A program made the translations under genes and the position numbers. Positions 1 through 8,748 of a DNA stretch of 64,000 nt are shown here, piece by piece. The stretch is from positions 352,001 to 416,000 of the forward strand of contig CAVZJB010000004.1 of NCBI GenBank assembly GCA_963775425.1. Direction: 5' to 3'. The stretch is from an uncultured delta proteobacterium (GTDB taxonomy: Bacteria; Myxococcota; UBA727; VGSZ01). Every line of letters starts with the position of its first letter. Position 1 is the first letter of the stretch. The notes beneath the pieces are model-generated. The model searched no databases and was not told where the DNA came from. It worked only from the letters and a program-made list of their open reading frames with translations.

Positions 1-1102
1 TGACGCCGCTGCCGGTGGCGACGTTGCCGACGGCGTCCTCGGCGCTGGCGACGAACGCGTAGTCGGTGTTCACGGTGAGCCCCGTGACGGCGACGCTGTG
101 AAGCGCGCCCGCCGTCGTCGTCGACTGCCCGAGCACCGGACACGGCCCGCCCAGACAGTCGAGCGCGCCGCCCACGAGGCCGAAGCGGATCTCCGTGGTG
201 CTCGGCTTGGAAGTGGTGAAGCGCACCGTGGCGTCCACCTCTCCGTCGACGTGCTCGAGGTCGCTCATGCTGTTCGGCGTCGTGTCGCACGCCGAGCCCG
301 TGGTGAAGTCCTGCGAGAACGGCTGCAGCGTCTGTCCGGTGTCGCCGACGATGCCCTCGGTGGCCACGAGCGTGTACGTGGCGTTCACGTCGAGGCGCGC
401 GCAACCGGCGGCGGGCTCCGCGAGGATGAGGGTGGCGACGGTGCGGCTCTCGTCGATGAGGATGGCCGCGATGGGCGGCGGCGGCGAGCCCTGGATGGTG
501 AGCGTGTCCTGCCCCACCCGCTGCACGGGTTGGTTGAACGTGACGGTGATGCGCTTGCGGTTCGGCACCACCAGCGACGCGCCCGAGGGCAGGTCCGTGG
601 ACGAGACCGCGGGCGGCCCCGCGTCGGTGGTGAACTCGTAGATGAAGTTGTCCTTGGCGCCGACGGCGTCGACGAGCGGGTTGCCGGAGGTGTCGCGGAT
701 GTTGGCCGACAGCACCAGCGTGTACGCCGTGCCCGGCGCGAGCGGGCCGAGCGGCGTGACCGTGAGCGCGGTGTCGTCGGTGCCGAGCTCGACCTTGAGG
801 GGGACGACGTCGTCCTGGCGCGACGCGGACAAAGGCGGGTTCTTCACGTCGGAGAGAAACGCGTCGGTCACCTTGTCGCGCGTGGCCAGGACGACGCTCA
901 CGTTGTCGGAGACCGGGTCGCCGCTCACGGTCTTCGGGTTGACGGGCTCCGAAAACGTGAGCCGGAACGACGCCGTCACCGGCAGCACCGTCTCCGCCGG
1001 CTCGAGGGAGAGCACCCGAGGCGGGATCAGATCGGTGTCGTCGGGCGGAGGGCACCCGGCGGCCAGGACGAGCGGCGCGAGGACGACGGCGAAGGCGCGC
1101 AT
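1..1102 (-). CDS. Lipoprotein with Ig-like (Big_5-type) domains; runs off the left edge
   Basis: Read manually (absent from the ORF track because no stop lies in the window): ATG at 1102, MRAFAVVLAPLVLAAGC lipobox, then two Ig-like modules (PPRVLSLEP...FRLTFSEPV...LAPGTAYTLVLSANIRD...FTT; ITVTFNQPV...YTLV...FTTG). Frame open to base 1. Confidence 0.75.
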   Translation of the reverse strand, partial: MRAFAVVLAPLVLAAGCPPPDDTDLIPPRVLSLEPAETVLPVTASFRLTFSEPVNPKTVSGDPVSDNVSVVLATRDKVTDAFLSDVKNPPLSASRQDDVVPLKVELGTDDTALTVTPLGPLAPGTAYTLVLSANIRDTSGNPLVDAVGAKDNFIYEFTTDAGPPAVSSTDLPSGASLVVPNRKRITVTFNQPVQRVGQDTLTIQGSPPPPIAAILIDESRTVATLILAEPAAGCARLDVNATYTLVATEGIVGDTGQTLQPFSQDFTTGSACDTTPNSMSDLEHVDGEVDATVRFTTSKPSTTEIRFGLVGGALDCLGGPCPVLGQSTTTAGALHSVAVTGLTVNTDYAFVASAEDAVGNVATGSGV

Positions 1103-1120
1103 GGAGGTCATCCTACCTCG

Positions 1121-1969
1121 TCAGTACGGCGAGCGCCCGGCCTTCTCGAGCTTCTCCGAGAACCAGCCGCCGGTGAACGAGTCGATGTCCGCCGTGAGCT
1201 CCTGCAGGCGCAGCTCCTTGCGGACGCGGTCGGCGAGGTCCGTCGGCGGCGACAGGTCGAGATCCACCTGGAGGCGGCGGCGCTCGTAGTAGCGGCGCGT
1301 GACCTCCTCGATGATCCGATCGCGCAGGTTGGCCGTGCGGACGGCCTCGCGCGCGATGTTCATCTCCTGCGGCTCGAAGATCAGCCGGTCGAGGTCCCAG
1401 CGCGCGCCGAGGCCGATGCGCCCGGTGTTGCTGTCGGTGGTGGCGTTCACCGGGGCGGCGGTGGCGTCGAGGTTGGTCACCTTGCGCAGGTTGTTGTCGA
1501 CGGTGCCCTGCGCCTCGGCGGTGAACTGCGGGGCGATCGCCCGCCAGCGCGCGCGGCCCATCCAACTGTCGATGATGTCCGGGTGCACGCGCGCGTAGTC
1601 GACGGCGCGCCCCTGCACCTCGCGCACGGTGGGCTCGCCCGCGTAGCGCATGAGCACCTTGCGCACGACCTCCTTGGAGACCACCTTGCCCTCTTCCACC
1701 ACCACCTGCTCAGCGGCGCCGACGCGGAGATAGCTCCCCGCCTTGCGCACCGCCGACGACGACAGCGACGAGACGCGCGAGCGCAGATCATCGAGGCTGG
1801 AGAACGGGCCGTTCTCCTCGCGCTCCCGGATGACGTCGCTGGCCATCTTGGCGCCGATGCCCGGCAGCCCCTCGAGCTGCTCCCGCGTGGCGGTATTCAC
1901 GTCGACGGGCTCTTGCGCCCCGGCGGCAACGGCGAACGCCAGGGCGATCACCAACATCGTGTTCTTCAT
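1121..1969 (-). CDS. Secreted protein: ComEA-type helix-hairpin-helix domain plus C-terminal half-TolC-like domain
   Basis: MKNTMLVIALAFAVAAGA signal peptide; VDVNTATREQLEGLPGIGAKMA...REENGPFSSLDDL is a ComEA HhH signature. ATG overlaps the upstream TGA (ATGA); GGAG RBS. Confidence 0.8.
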   Translation of the reverse strand: MKNTMLVIALAFAVAAGAQEPVDVNTATREQLEGLPGIGAKMASDVIREREENGPFSSLDDLRSRVSSLSSSAVRKAGSYLRVGAAEQVVVEEGKVVSKEVVRKVLMRYAGEPTVREVQGRAVDYARVHPDIIDSWMGRARWRAIAPQFTAEAQGTVDNNLRKVTNLDATAAPVNATTDSNTGRIGLGARWDLDRLIFEPQEMNIAREAVRTANLRDRIIEEVTRRYYERRRLQVDLDLSPPTDLADRVRKELRLQELTADIDSFTGGWFSEKLEKAGRSPY

Positions 1970-3879
1970 CTGCTCTCCTCCACTCTGTGCTTGGCCGTGA
2001 ACGCGCCGCCGGTGGCGGCGTCGAGCTCGGCGGTCAATTCTTCGAGCTTCAATTGGCGGACGGTCTGCTTCTTCACGTCCTTCGCGCCGCTCGGCTCGCC
2101 GTCGAGCGCCATCTCCGTCATCAACCGCCGCCGCGCGCCGAACGCCTCGCGCACCCGGTCGAGGATGCGCTTCTCGGCGCCCCAATACTGCGGGACGCCG
2201 CGGCCGACGGCGATCTCGTCGGGGTTCAGGATCAGCTTGTCGAGGTCCCAGCGCAACGAGATGAACGCCACGTACTTGGACTGCGTCGACGGCTGGATGA
2301 GGAATGCGCCGACGTTGCCGAAGAGATCCGTGTTGTCGTTGGCCGGATCGACGATGGGCGGCAGATCGTCGCCCGCGCGCAGCAGGAATTGGTCGGTCTG
2401 CAGGCCGGTGACCGTGAGCTGATCGTAGGTGATGGTCACGCGCGGCAGGAACGCGGCGATGCCCGCGCGCGCCTCCATGGACTTGAGCGCGAGCGGATCG
2501 ATCCGGCTGTACGCGAGCGCGTCGCGCGCGGCGTCGTCGAGCGAGGGCTCGTCGCGCCACAGCTTGCGCAGCTTCCGCAGCGCGCTCGAGGAGATGGTGA
2601 CGCCGCTGCCGGGCACCGAACGAAACAGCCCGCGGTCGGTGGCCACGAGGATGTCGTCGGGCCGGGAGCCGCGCGACACCGCGAGCACCTCGGCCGCGGG
2701 CACCTGCTCCGTCCCCTCGTCGACGACGAGGCCCGCGTTCCACGAAAACAACACGCCGCGGTTGTTGGTGCCGGCGATGACGCCGCGCGGGCGGAGCGGA
2801 TCGGCGGACACCGCCTGCACGAGCGTGGCCGGGACGCCGTCGTAGCGCTCGAGCAGCGCCGCGCCGCGCTCGCCGACGAACAGGCCCGCGCTGGTGCCCG
2901 CGTAGTAGGTGCCGCTCACCGGGGACACGGCGACGGCGGCCACGCCGAAGAACGGCGGCAGCCCCTTGAGCAACACCTCGAGGAAGCTCTGGCCCCCGTC
3001 GAAGGACCGAAACAGCCCCTGCTCGGTGCCGATGAGCACCACGACGCCGTCCGGGCCGGCCGCCGCGCACAGCGCGGGCGTGGTGCCGGCGCGACCGAGC
3101 ACCGCGGCGAAGGACGCGCCGCCGTCGCGGCTCATGAGGACGCCCGCGGCCGTCGCGAGGTAGAGGCGCGAGGGCCGGCCGGGGTCGACGATGACGTCGC
3201 GGACGTCGTTTTCGGGGACGGCGCCGCCGACGGAGATGCGCTCGAAGCTGCCGCCGCCGGTGGTGGTGCGATAGAGGCCGCGCGGCGTCGCCACGTAGAA
3301 CACGCCGGGCGAGCCCGGGACGAACGCGAGCGCGCGCACGCCGGGGCCGGCCCGCGCGTAGACGGTGGCGTCGACGAGGTCGGCGCTGCCGTCGGGGAGA
3401 TCGTCGGCGCTGTCGAGCGAGCCGCTGGCGTCCCCTGCGTCGCCCGCGTCGCCTGCGTCCCCCGCGTCCCCCGCGCTCGTCCCGCCGGCGTCGACGGCAG
3501 TGGCGGCGTCGGCGGCGGCGGCGGGGTCGGCGAGGGGCTCGAGCGGGAGCGAGAGCGCGGCCGCGTCGCCCGCGTCGGCGGCGTCGGGATCGAGCGCGAC
3601 GCCGCGCGGGAAGGAGAGGATGGGACGCCAGCTCTCGCCGTCGTCGTCGCTCTTGAAGAGGAAGCCGTCGCTGCCCGCGTAGACCACGCGATCGTCGGCG
3701 GGATCCACGGCGGCGGCGGTGACGGCGTCGCCGGGCAGGTCTCCGGTGAGATCCTCGAAGTGGCGCACCGGGCGCGACGGGCGGCTCACGGGGATGTCGT
3801 CCACCGGGTCGGCCCACGCCGCGCCGGCGGCGAGGCTCATTCCCACCGCCAACAAACCCACGCGCAAGCCGAAGCCCAT
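1966..3879 (-). CDS. Secreted BNR/WD40-like beta-propeller protein with the same C-terminal domain as 1121..1969
   Basis: Signal peptide MGFGLRVGLL...AAWA; repeated Asp-box motifs (SDDDGESW, TTTGGGSF, SRDGGASF, SFDGGQSF); C-terminal LRWDLDKLI...LEELTAELDAATGG. Confidence 0.75.
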   Translation of the reverse strand: MGFGLRVGLLAVGMSLAAGAAWADPVDDIPVSRPSRPVRHFEDLTGDLPGDAVTAAAVDPADDRVVYAGSDGFLFKSDDDGESWRPILSFPRGVALDPDAADAGDAAALSLPLEPLADPAAAADAATAVDAGGTSAGDAGDAGDAGDAGDASGSLDSADDLPDGSADLVDATVYARAGPGVRALAFVPGSPGVFYVATPRGLYRTTTGGGSFERISVGGAVPENDVRDVIVDPGRPSRLYLATAAGVLMSRDGGASFAAVLGRAGTTPALCAAAGPDGVVVLIGTEQGLFRSFDGGQSFLEVLLKGLPPFFGVAAVAVSPVSGTYYAGTSAGLFVGERGAALLERYDGVPATLVQAVSADPLRPRGVIAGTNNRGVLFSWNAGLVVDEGTEQVPAAEVLAVSRGSRPDDILVATDRGLFRSVPGSGVTISSSALRKLRKLWRDEPSLDDAARDALAYSRIDPLALKSMEARAGIAAFLPRVTITYDQLTVTGLQTDQFLLRAGDDLPPIVDPANDNTDLFGNVGAFLIQPSTQSKYVAFISLRWDLDKLILNPDEIAVGRGVPQYWGAEKRILDRVREAFGARRRLMTEMALDGEPSGAKDVKKQTVRQLKLEELTAELDAATGGAFTAKHRVEESR

Positions 3880-3965
3880 CGGCCGGCCGTTTAGCAGGTC
3901 GCGACGCGGATCCGAAACGCGCAGGCGCCCGATCCGCGCACGGCGCCGCGCGTTATCCTCGGCGC

Positions 3966-5213
3966 GTGACGTCCCCCGCCCGCCTCCCGGTCCGCCGCGC
4001 CGCCGTCGCACGCGGCCTCGCCGTGGCCGTCGCGGGCGTCGCCGTCGCCGCGGCGTGCGCCCCGGGGCTGCGCCTCGACGCGGCCACGCCGAGCCCGGTG
4101 GCGCCCGGGGCCTCGCTCGCCGTCACCGGCGACGGCTTCGCCGACGGCATGCGGCTGTCGCTGGTGCAGGGCGGCGTCACGGTGGCCCTGCAGCGCGTCT
4201 CCGTCTCCCGGCCCGGCGCGGCTTCGGCGGTGGTGCCCGACGCCGCCCCGGCCGGCAGCTATTCGCTGCACGCCGACCTCGACGGCAACAGCGCCACCCT
4301 GGACGGCGTGCGCGTCGTCCCCGGCGGCATGCAGGTGCACTTCCTCGACGTGGGCCAGGGCGACGGGACGCTGGTGATCGCGCCCGGGGGCGAGACCCTG
4401 CTCATCGACGGCGGGCCGAGCGACGCCGCCGGCGCCGTGGCAGACGACGTCTTGAACCTCGCCGGCGGCCGCGTCGACGCCGTCATCCTCACCCACTACC
4501 ACGCCGATCACCTCGGCGGCCTCGTGCCGCTGCTCGCGGGCCCCGACCACACCCCGGGCACCAACGACGACGTCATCCCCGCCCAGCGCTGGGCCTACGT
4601 CGACGACGGCCAGTGCACCTCCGACCTGTGCGGGCGCGCGCGCCGGCTGCTCGCGTGGCCCTTCACGGTGCCGCACGTCGGTGACAGCTTCGCCCTCGGC
4701 GACGTCACCGTCGAAGCCGTGACCGTCGACGGCGACGCCGGCGCCGGCCGCGTCAGCGGCGTCGACGACCCCAACGAGCGCAGCATCGCGGTGCGCCTCT
4801 CGTTCGCCGGGCGCACGGTGCTCGTCGAGGGCGACCTGACCGCCGGCGGCGACGGCGAGGCCGACGTCGAGGATCCCCTGTCGCAGCGCATCGGCGCCGT
4901 CGACGTGCTGCGCACCGGTCATCACGGGAGCAACACCTCCAGCGCCGCCACGGCGCTCGCCCGTCTGGCGCCGCACGCGCTCGTCATCAGCGAGGGCACG
5001 GACAACGACTTCTGCCACCCGTCGCCGCCCGCGCTCTCGCGGCTCGCCGCCACCAACGCCCCCATCTACGCCACCGGCGACGGCATGCGCGGCCCGAGCG
5101 CCAACTGCGACGCGGCCACCGCGTGGCCGGCGTCGTCGCGGCACGGCCTCGGCACCATCCCGCTCGTCGTCGGCACCGACGGCTCGCTCACGCTGGCGGG
5201 CGACGCGCTCTGA
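3966..5213 (+). CDS. ComEC/Rec2-like metallo-beta-lactamase-fold hydrolase, lipoprotein with IPT/TIG-like domain
   Basis: FLDVGQGDG, THYHADHLGG, NERSI, GDL and GHHGS motifs of the ComEC MBL domain; AAAC lipobox; no multi-TM competence domain. Confidence 0.8.
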   Translation: MTSPARLPVRRAAVARGLAVAVAGVAVAAACAPGLRLDAATPSPVAPGASLAVTGDGFADGMRLSLVQGGVTVALQRVSVSRPGAASAVVPDAAPAGSYSLHADLDGNSATLDGVRVVPGGMQVHFLDVGQGDGTLVIAPGGETLLIDGGPSDAAGAVADDVLNLAGGRVDAVILTHYHADHLGGLVPLLAGPDHTPGTNDDVIPAQRWAYVDDGQCTSDLCGRARRLLAWPFTVPHVGDSFALGDVTVEAVTVDGDAGAGRVSGVDDPNERSIAVRLSFAGRTVLVEGDLTAGGDGEADVEDPLSQRIGAVDVLRTGHHGSNTSSAATALARLAPHALVISEGTDNDFCHPSPPALSRLAATNAPIYATGDGMRGPSANCDAATAWPASSRHGLGTIPLVVGTDGSLTLAGDAL

Positions 5214-5226
5214 TGGCCCAGCGTCG

Positions 5227-6060
5227 TCAGTCGTCGTCGCAGGCTTGGTCGCCTTCGTAGTCCGCGGCGTTGGTGACGTCGACGCTCGGGGCGTCGCCGC
5301 AGGCGGCGCAGTCCGCGCGCCGCGCGAACTTGAGGGCCCGCACCGACGACGTCAGGACGTCGACCGCGAGGAAGCGTCCGACGAGCACGCGGTCCGCTCC
5401 GCCGTCGTCGTCGCGCAGGCCGAGGAGCACCTTGATGGCCTCCGCCGCCATGAGGCTGCCGACGACGCCGGTGACCGCGCCGAGGACGCCGGCGGTGCGG
5501 CAGGTGGGCAGCGAGCCGGGGGGCGGGGGCCCTTCGAACAGGCAGCGCAGGCACGGCCCCGCCCGGCCGGGCACCACGAGCACCTGGCCCGCCCACGCCG
5601 TCGCCGCGCCGTGGACCAGCGGGCGATCCTCGAGCACGCACGCGTCGCTCAAGAGGAACTTGGTCGCCATGCCGTCGCTGCAGTCGACGACGACGTCGTG
5701 AGCGGCGAGCGCGCGGCGCGCGTGGGCCCCGACGAGCCGCTCGGCGCGCGCGCTCACGGCGATGCCCGCGTCGAGGGCGGCCACGCGCGCGGCCGCCACC
5801 TCCGCCTTCCGCTTGCCGAGGTCGGCCTCGCCGAAGAGGACCTGGCGGTTGAGGTTGGACGGCTCCACGACGTCGTCGTCGAACAGAGTCAAGTGACCCA
5901 CGCCGGCCGCCGCCAGGTAGTGAATGACCGGCGCGCCGAGACCGCCGCAGCCGACCACCAGCGCGCGCGCCGCCGACAGCCGCCCCTGGCGCTCCCCTAC
6001 CTCGGGCAGCACCCGTTGCCGCGCGAACCGGGCCCGGGGTGGGATACGGGATTCCGCCAT
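5227..6060 (-). CDS. HesA/MoeB/ThiF family adenylyltransferase
   Basis: RFARQ, VVGCGGLG, DDDVVEPSNLNRQ, DCSD, CLRC...PTC...CAAC; no rhodanese domain. Confidence 0.9.
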   Translation of the reverse strand: MAESRIPPRARFARQRVLPEVGERQGRLSAARALVVGCGGLGAPVIHYLAAAGVGHLTLFDDDVVEPSNLNRQVLFGEADLGKRKAEVAAARVAALDAGIAVSARAERLVGAHARRALAAHDVVVDCSDGMATKFLLSDACVLEDRPLVHGAATAWAGQVLVVPGRAGPCLRCLFEGPPPPGSLPTCRTAGVLGAVTGVVGSLMAAEAIKVLLGLRDDDGGADRVLVGRFLAVDVLTSSVRALKFARRADCAACGDAPSVDVTNAADYEGDQACDDD

Positions 6061-6107
6061 GGCAAACGTGCTATTCCCTTGGCGACGTCTCACAAGAGGG
6101 GCAGTGC

Positions 6108-7280
6108 GTGGCCGAGGTCGTTGTCGAGCTGTCGGGCAAGGAGATCCTGCGGATCCCGTTGAAGGGACCCTCCATGACCATCGGGCGCGATCCGCAATGC
6201 GATCTCCACCTCGACAACCGCGCCCTCTCGCGCCGCCACGCGCAGATCGAGAAGCGCGGCGCCGCCATCTGGGTGCGCGACCTCAACAGCCAGAACGGCA
6301 CGTACGTAAACGGCAGCCGCATCGCGGAGCCGCTCGCGTTGAACGGCGGCGACATCGTCGAGGTCGGCCGCTACCACGTGCGCATCGAGGGCGTGGAGAA
6401 CGCGCGCGAGGACACGCCGGTGCTCACGCTCACCGGCCCGGAGGGGCGGCACCGCTTCGCCATGGTCGGTGAGGAGATCATCATCGGGCGCGCGCCCTCG
6501 TGCGACATCGCCATCGGCCACAAGAGCATCTCGCGCCGCCACCTGCGCATCGCCATCGACGGCAACAACTTCATCGCCGAAGACCTCGGCAGCCAGAACG
6601 GCTCGCGCTTGAACAGCAAGCGCATCAACGGGCCCACGCCGTTCCGCATCGGCGACAAGCTGCAGATGAGCGAGTTCAGCCTGGAGGTCGGCTACCTCGA
6701 GCAGCCGGCCACCAACGGCGGCGACAAGGTCAGCAAGACCATGATGATCGATCGCTCCGAGCTCGCGAAGGCCGCGTACGTCGGCGGTGAGTTCGATCGC
6801 ATGCCGTCCAACGCCGCCAACATCTCCATCGGCCGCCAGCCCGACGACGTCGACGCCGAAGACGTCGACGAGAGCGGCACGCAGGGCGTCCCATCGGTGG
6901 CGGACGACCCGCCGGTGCCGCCGGCGCGCGCCAACAACCGGAGCGCGCGTCACGACACGCGCAAGCCCAACAAGGTCCAGCAGAGCCCGTGGGTCACCGT
7001 CTCCCATCCCGATCTCGGCAGCGAGCGGGACGTGCAGCTCGTGAGCGAGGTCACCGCCATCGGCGAGGACGGCACCGCGGAGGACGGCACCCGCGGCCGC
7101 AACTACGCCAACCAGGGCTACGTGTTGCTCCTCAAGACGCCCACGGGCGTGGTCGCGTGCGGCGCCGGCGATCGTCGCCTGGTCACCGTCGGCGGTAAGC
7201 CTTGCCTGTTCAAGCAGCTCAACACGGGTGACACCGTGGAGTTTGGGCTCTTGTCGATTGTGTTCCACGTGCCAGGCTGA
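6108..7280 (+). CDS. Tandem FHA domain protein
   Basis: Two FHA domains (IGRDPQCD..SRRHA..DLNSQNGT; IGRAPSCD..SRRHL..DLGSQNGS); GTG start after GAGGGG. Confidence 0.85.
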   Translation: MAEVVVELSGKEILRIPLKGPSMTIGRDPQCDLHLDNRALSRRHAQIEKRGAAIWVRDLNSQNGTYVNGSRIAEPLALNGGDIVEVGRYHVRIEGVENAREDTPVLTLTGPEGRHRFAMVGEEIIIGRAPSCDIAIGHKSISRRHLRIAIDGNNFIAEDLGSQNGSRLNSKRINGPTPFRIGDKLQMSEFSLEVGYLEQPATNGGDKVSKTMMIDRSELAKAAYVGGEFDRMPSNAANISIGRQPDDVDAEDVDESGTQGVPSVADDPPVPPARANNRSARHDTRKPNKVQQSPWVTVSHPDLGSERDVQLVSEVTAIGEDGTAEDGTRGRNYANQGYVLLLKTPTGVVACGAGDRRLVTVGGKPCLFKQLNTGDTVEFGLLSIVFHVPG

Positions 7281-7284
7281 CGTC

Positions 7285-8274
7285 GTGAACGCGCCCGATC
7301 AACCGAAGCCGCTCGCCGATCAAGTCCCGCCCGAGTACGACGTCCCGTACGTGTGGCTCGACGGCAAGCTCGTCGACGCAAAGACCGCGGTCGTTCCGCT
7401 GATGGCGTACACGCTGCACTACGGCCTCGGCGTTTTCGAGGGCATCCGCGCCTACGAGGGCGCGCAGGGGCCGGCGGTGTTTCGCCTGCGCGAGCACATG
7501 GAGCGCCTGCACCGCTCGGCGCACCTGGTGCGCATGGAGCTGCCGGCGTCGGTGGACGAGCTGGTGAAGGGCGCGTGCGAGACGCTCGCGGCCAACGGGC
7601 TCAAAGCCGGCTACGTGCGCCCCATCGGCTACGTCGACGACGGCAAGCGCGGCCTCGGCGCCATGAACAACCGTGTCCACGTCGGCATCGCCGTGTGGCC
7701 GTGGGGCACCTACCTCGGCGACGAGGGCGTCCGTCGCGGCATCCGCTGCCAGATCGCCAACGTCGCGCGCATGGGGCCGCAGTCCTTCTTCCCGAAGGGC
7801 AAGATCTGCGGCCAGTACATCAACTCCATCATCGCCAAGCGCTGCGCGCTCCTCGCCGGCTACGACGAGGCCATCCTGCTCGATCAGCAGGGCTACGTGG
7901 CCGAAGCCAGCGGCGAGAACATCTTCGCCGTGCTCTCGTCCGAGCGCTTCACGGGCGGCGCGCGCTTGTGCACGCCGGCGCCGTCGTCGCCCATCCTCGA
8001 GGGCATCACCCGCGACAGCATCATCCAGATCGCGCGCCACCTCGGCTACGAGGTGAAGGAGCAGCGCTTCGCGCGCGACGCGCTGCTCGTCGCCGACGAG
8101 GTGTTCCTCACGGGCACCGCCGCCGAGGTCACGCCCGTGCGCGACATCGACGGCCACGGCATCGGCATCGGCGGCCGCGGCCCCGTCACGGAGCGCATCC
8201 AGAGCGCCTACCGTGACGCCGTCACCGGCAAGCTCCCCGGCTTCGAGCACTGGCTCACGCCCTTCAGCCCTTGA
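7285..8274 (+). CDS. ilvE: Branched-chain amino acid aminotransferase (PLP class IV)
   Basis: LHYGLGVFEGIRAY, FRLREHMERL, catalytic Lys in KICGQYINS, EASGENIF, ILEGITRDS, DEVFLTGTAAEVTPV. Start codon uncertain. Confidence 0.92.
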   Translation: MNAPDQPKPLADQVPPEYDVPYVWLDGKLVDAKTAVVPLMAYTLHYGLGVFEGIRAYEGAQGPAVFRLREHMERLHRSAHLVRMELPASVDELVKGACETLAANGLKAGYVRPIGYVDDGKRGLGAMNNRVHVGIAVWPWGTYLGDEGVRRGIRCQIANVARMGPQSFFPKGKICGQYINSIIAKRCALLAGYDEAILLDQQGYVAEASGENIFAVLSSERFTGGARLCTPAPSSPILEGITRDSIIQIARHLGYEVKEQRFARDALLVADEVFLTGTAAEVTPVRDIDGHGIGIGGRGPVTERIQSAYRDAVTGKLPGFEHWLTPFSP

Positions 8275-8454
8275 GCGCGGTGCCATGAGCGCCGCTCCCT
8301 GGCGCGCGCCTGACGCGGCATCGGCGAGCGCGTGCTCGACGAGGACGAGCGCCTGGGGTCCCGAGGTCTGACGGCCACCGCGCGTCAGGATGTGTCACGC
8401 GCCGTCAGCCGAAGTCACTCGCGCCTTGTCGCGCGCCTTCGCGATGCTGTCTTC

Positions 8455-8742
8455 ATGTGGAAGCACACGCGCCGCCTCGTCGTCTTCGCTCTCGTCGCCT
8501 GCGCCGGCTGCGCCACCACCGGCGTCAACGCCCGCAGCGCCGCGGAGGCGAGCGGCAACGGGAGCGCGCGGACGGTGGCCATGATCGCCGGCGGGATCCT
8601 CGCCGCCGCCGGCCCCGCCGTCGTCGTCGCAGGCGTCGCCCTCGACAAGGACCCGGCCACGCCGCCCGTGGAGGCGTTCGTCGCCGGCGCCGGCCTCACC
8701 GTCGCCGGCGTCGCCACCGTCCTCGTCGCCGCCACGCTGTGA
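8455..8742 (+). CDS. Small membrane lipoprotein, hypothetical
   Basis: MWKHTRRLVVFALVACAGC lipobox followed by two hydrophobic segments; GC-rich third codon positions. Confidence 0.55.
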   Translation: MWKHTRRLVVFALVACAGCATTGVNARSAAEASGNGSARTVAMIAGGILAAAGPAVVVAGVALDKDPATPPVEAFVAGAGLTVAGVATVLVAATL

Positions 8743-8748
8743 GCGCCG

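Noticed and set aside
98-2422. Long + strand ORFs such as 98..2422, and likewise 23216..27802, 46044..48947, 57543..62129 and 31355..35044(-)
   Set aside because: Antisense or off-frame shadows of real genes in high-GC DNA; Arg/Ala/Gly-rich with no motifs.
5227-6060. MoeB-like gene as part of the molybdenum locus or a ubiquitin-like defence system
   Set aside because: It lies 37 kb from mosAB, with no MoaD/ThiS, E2 or JAB partner nearby.
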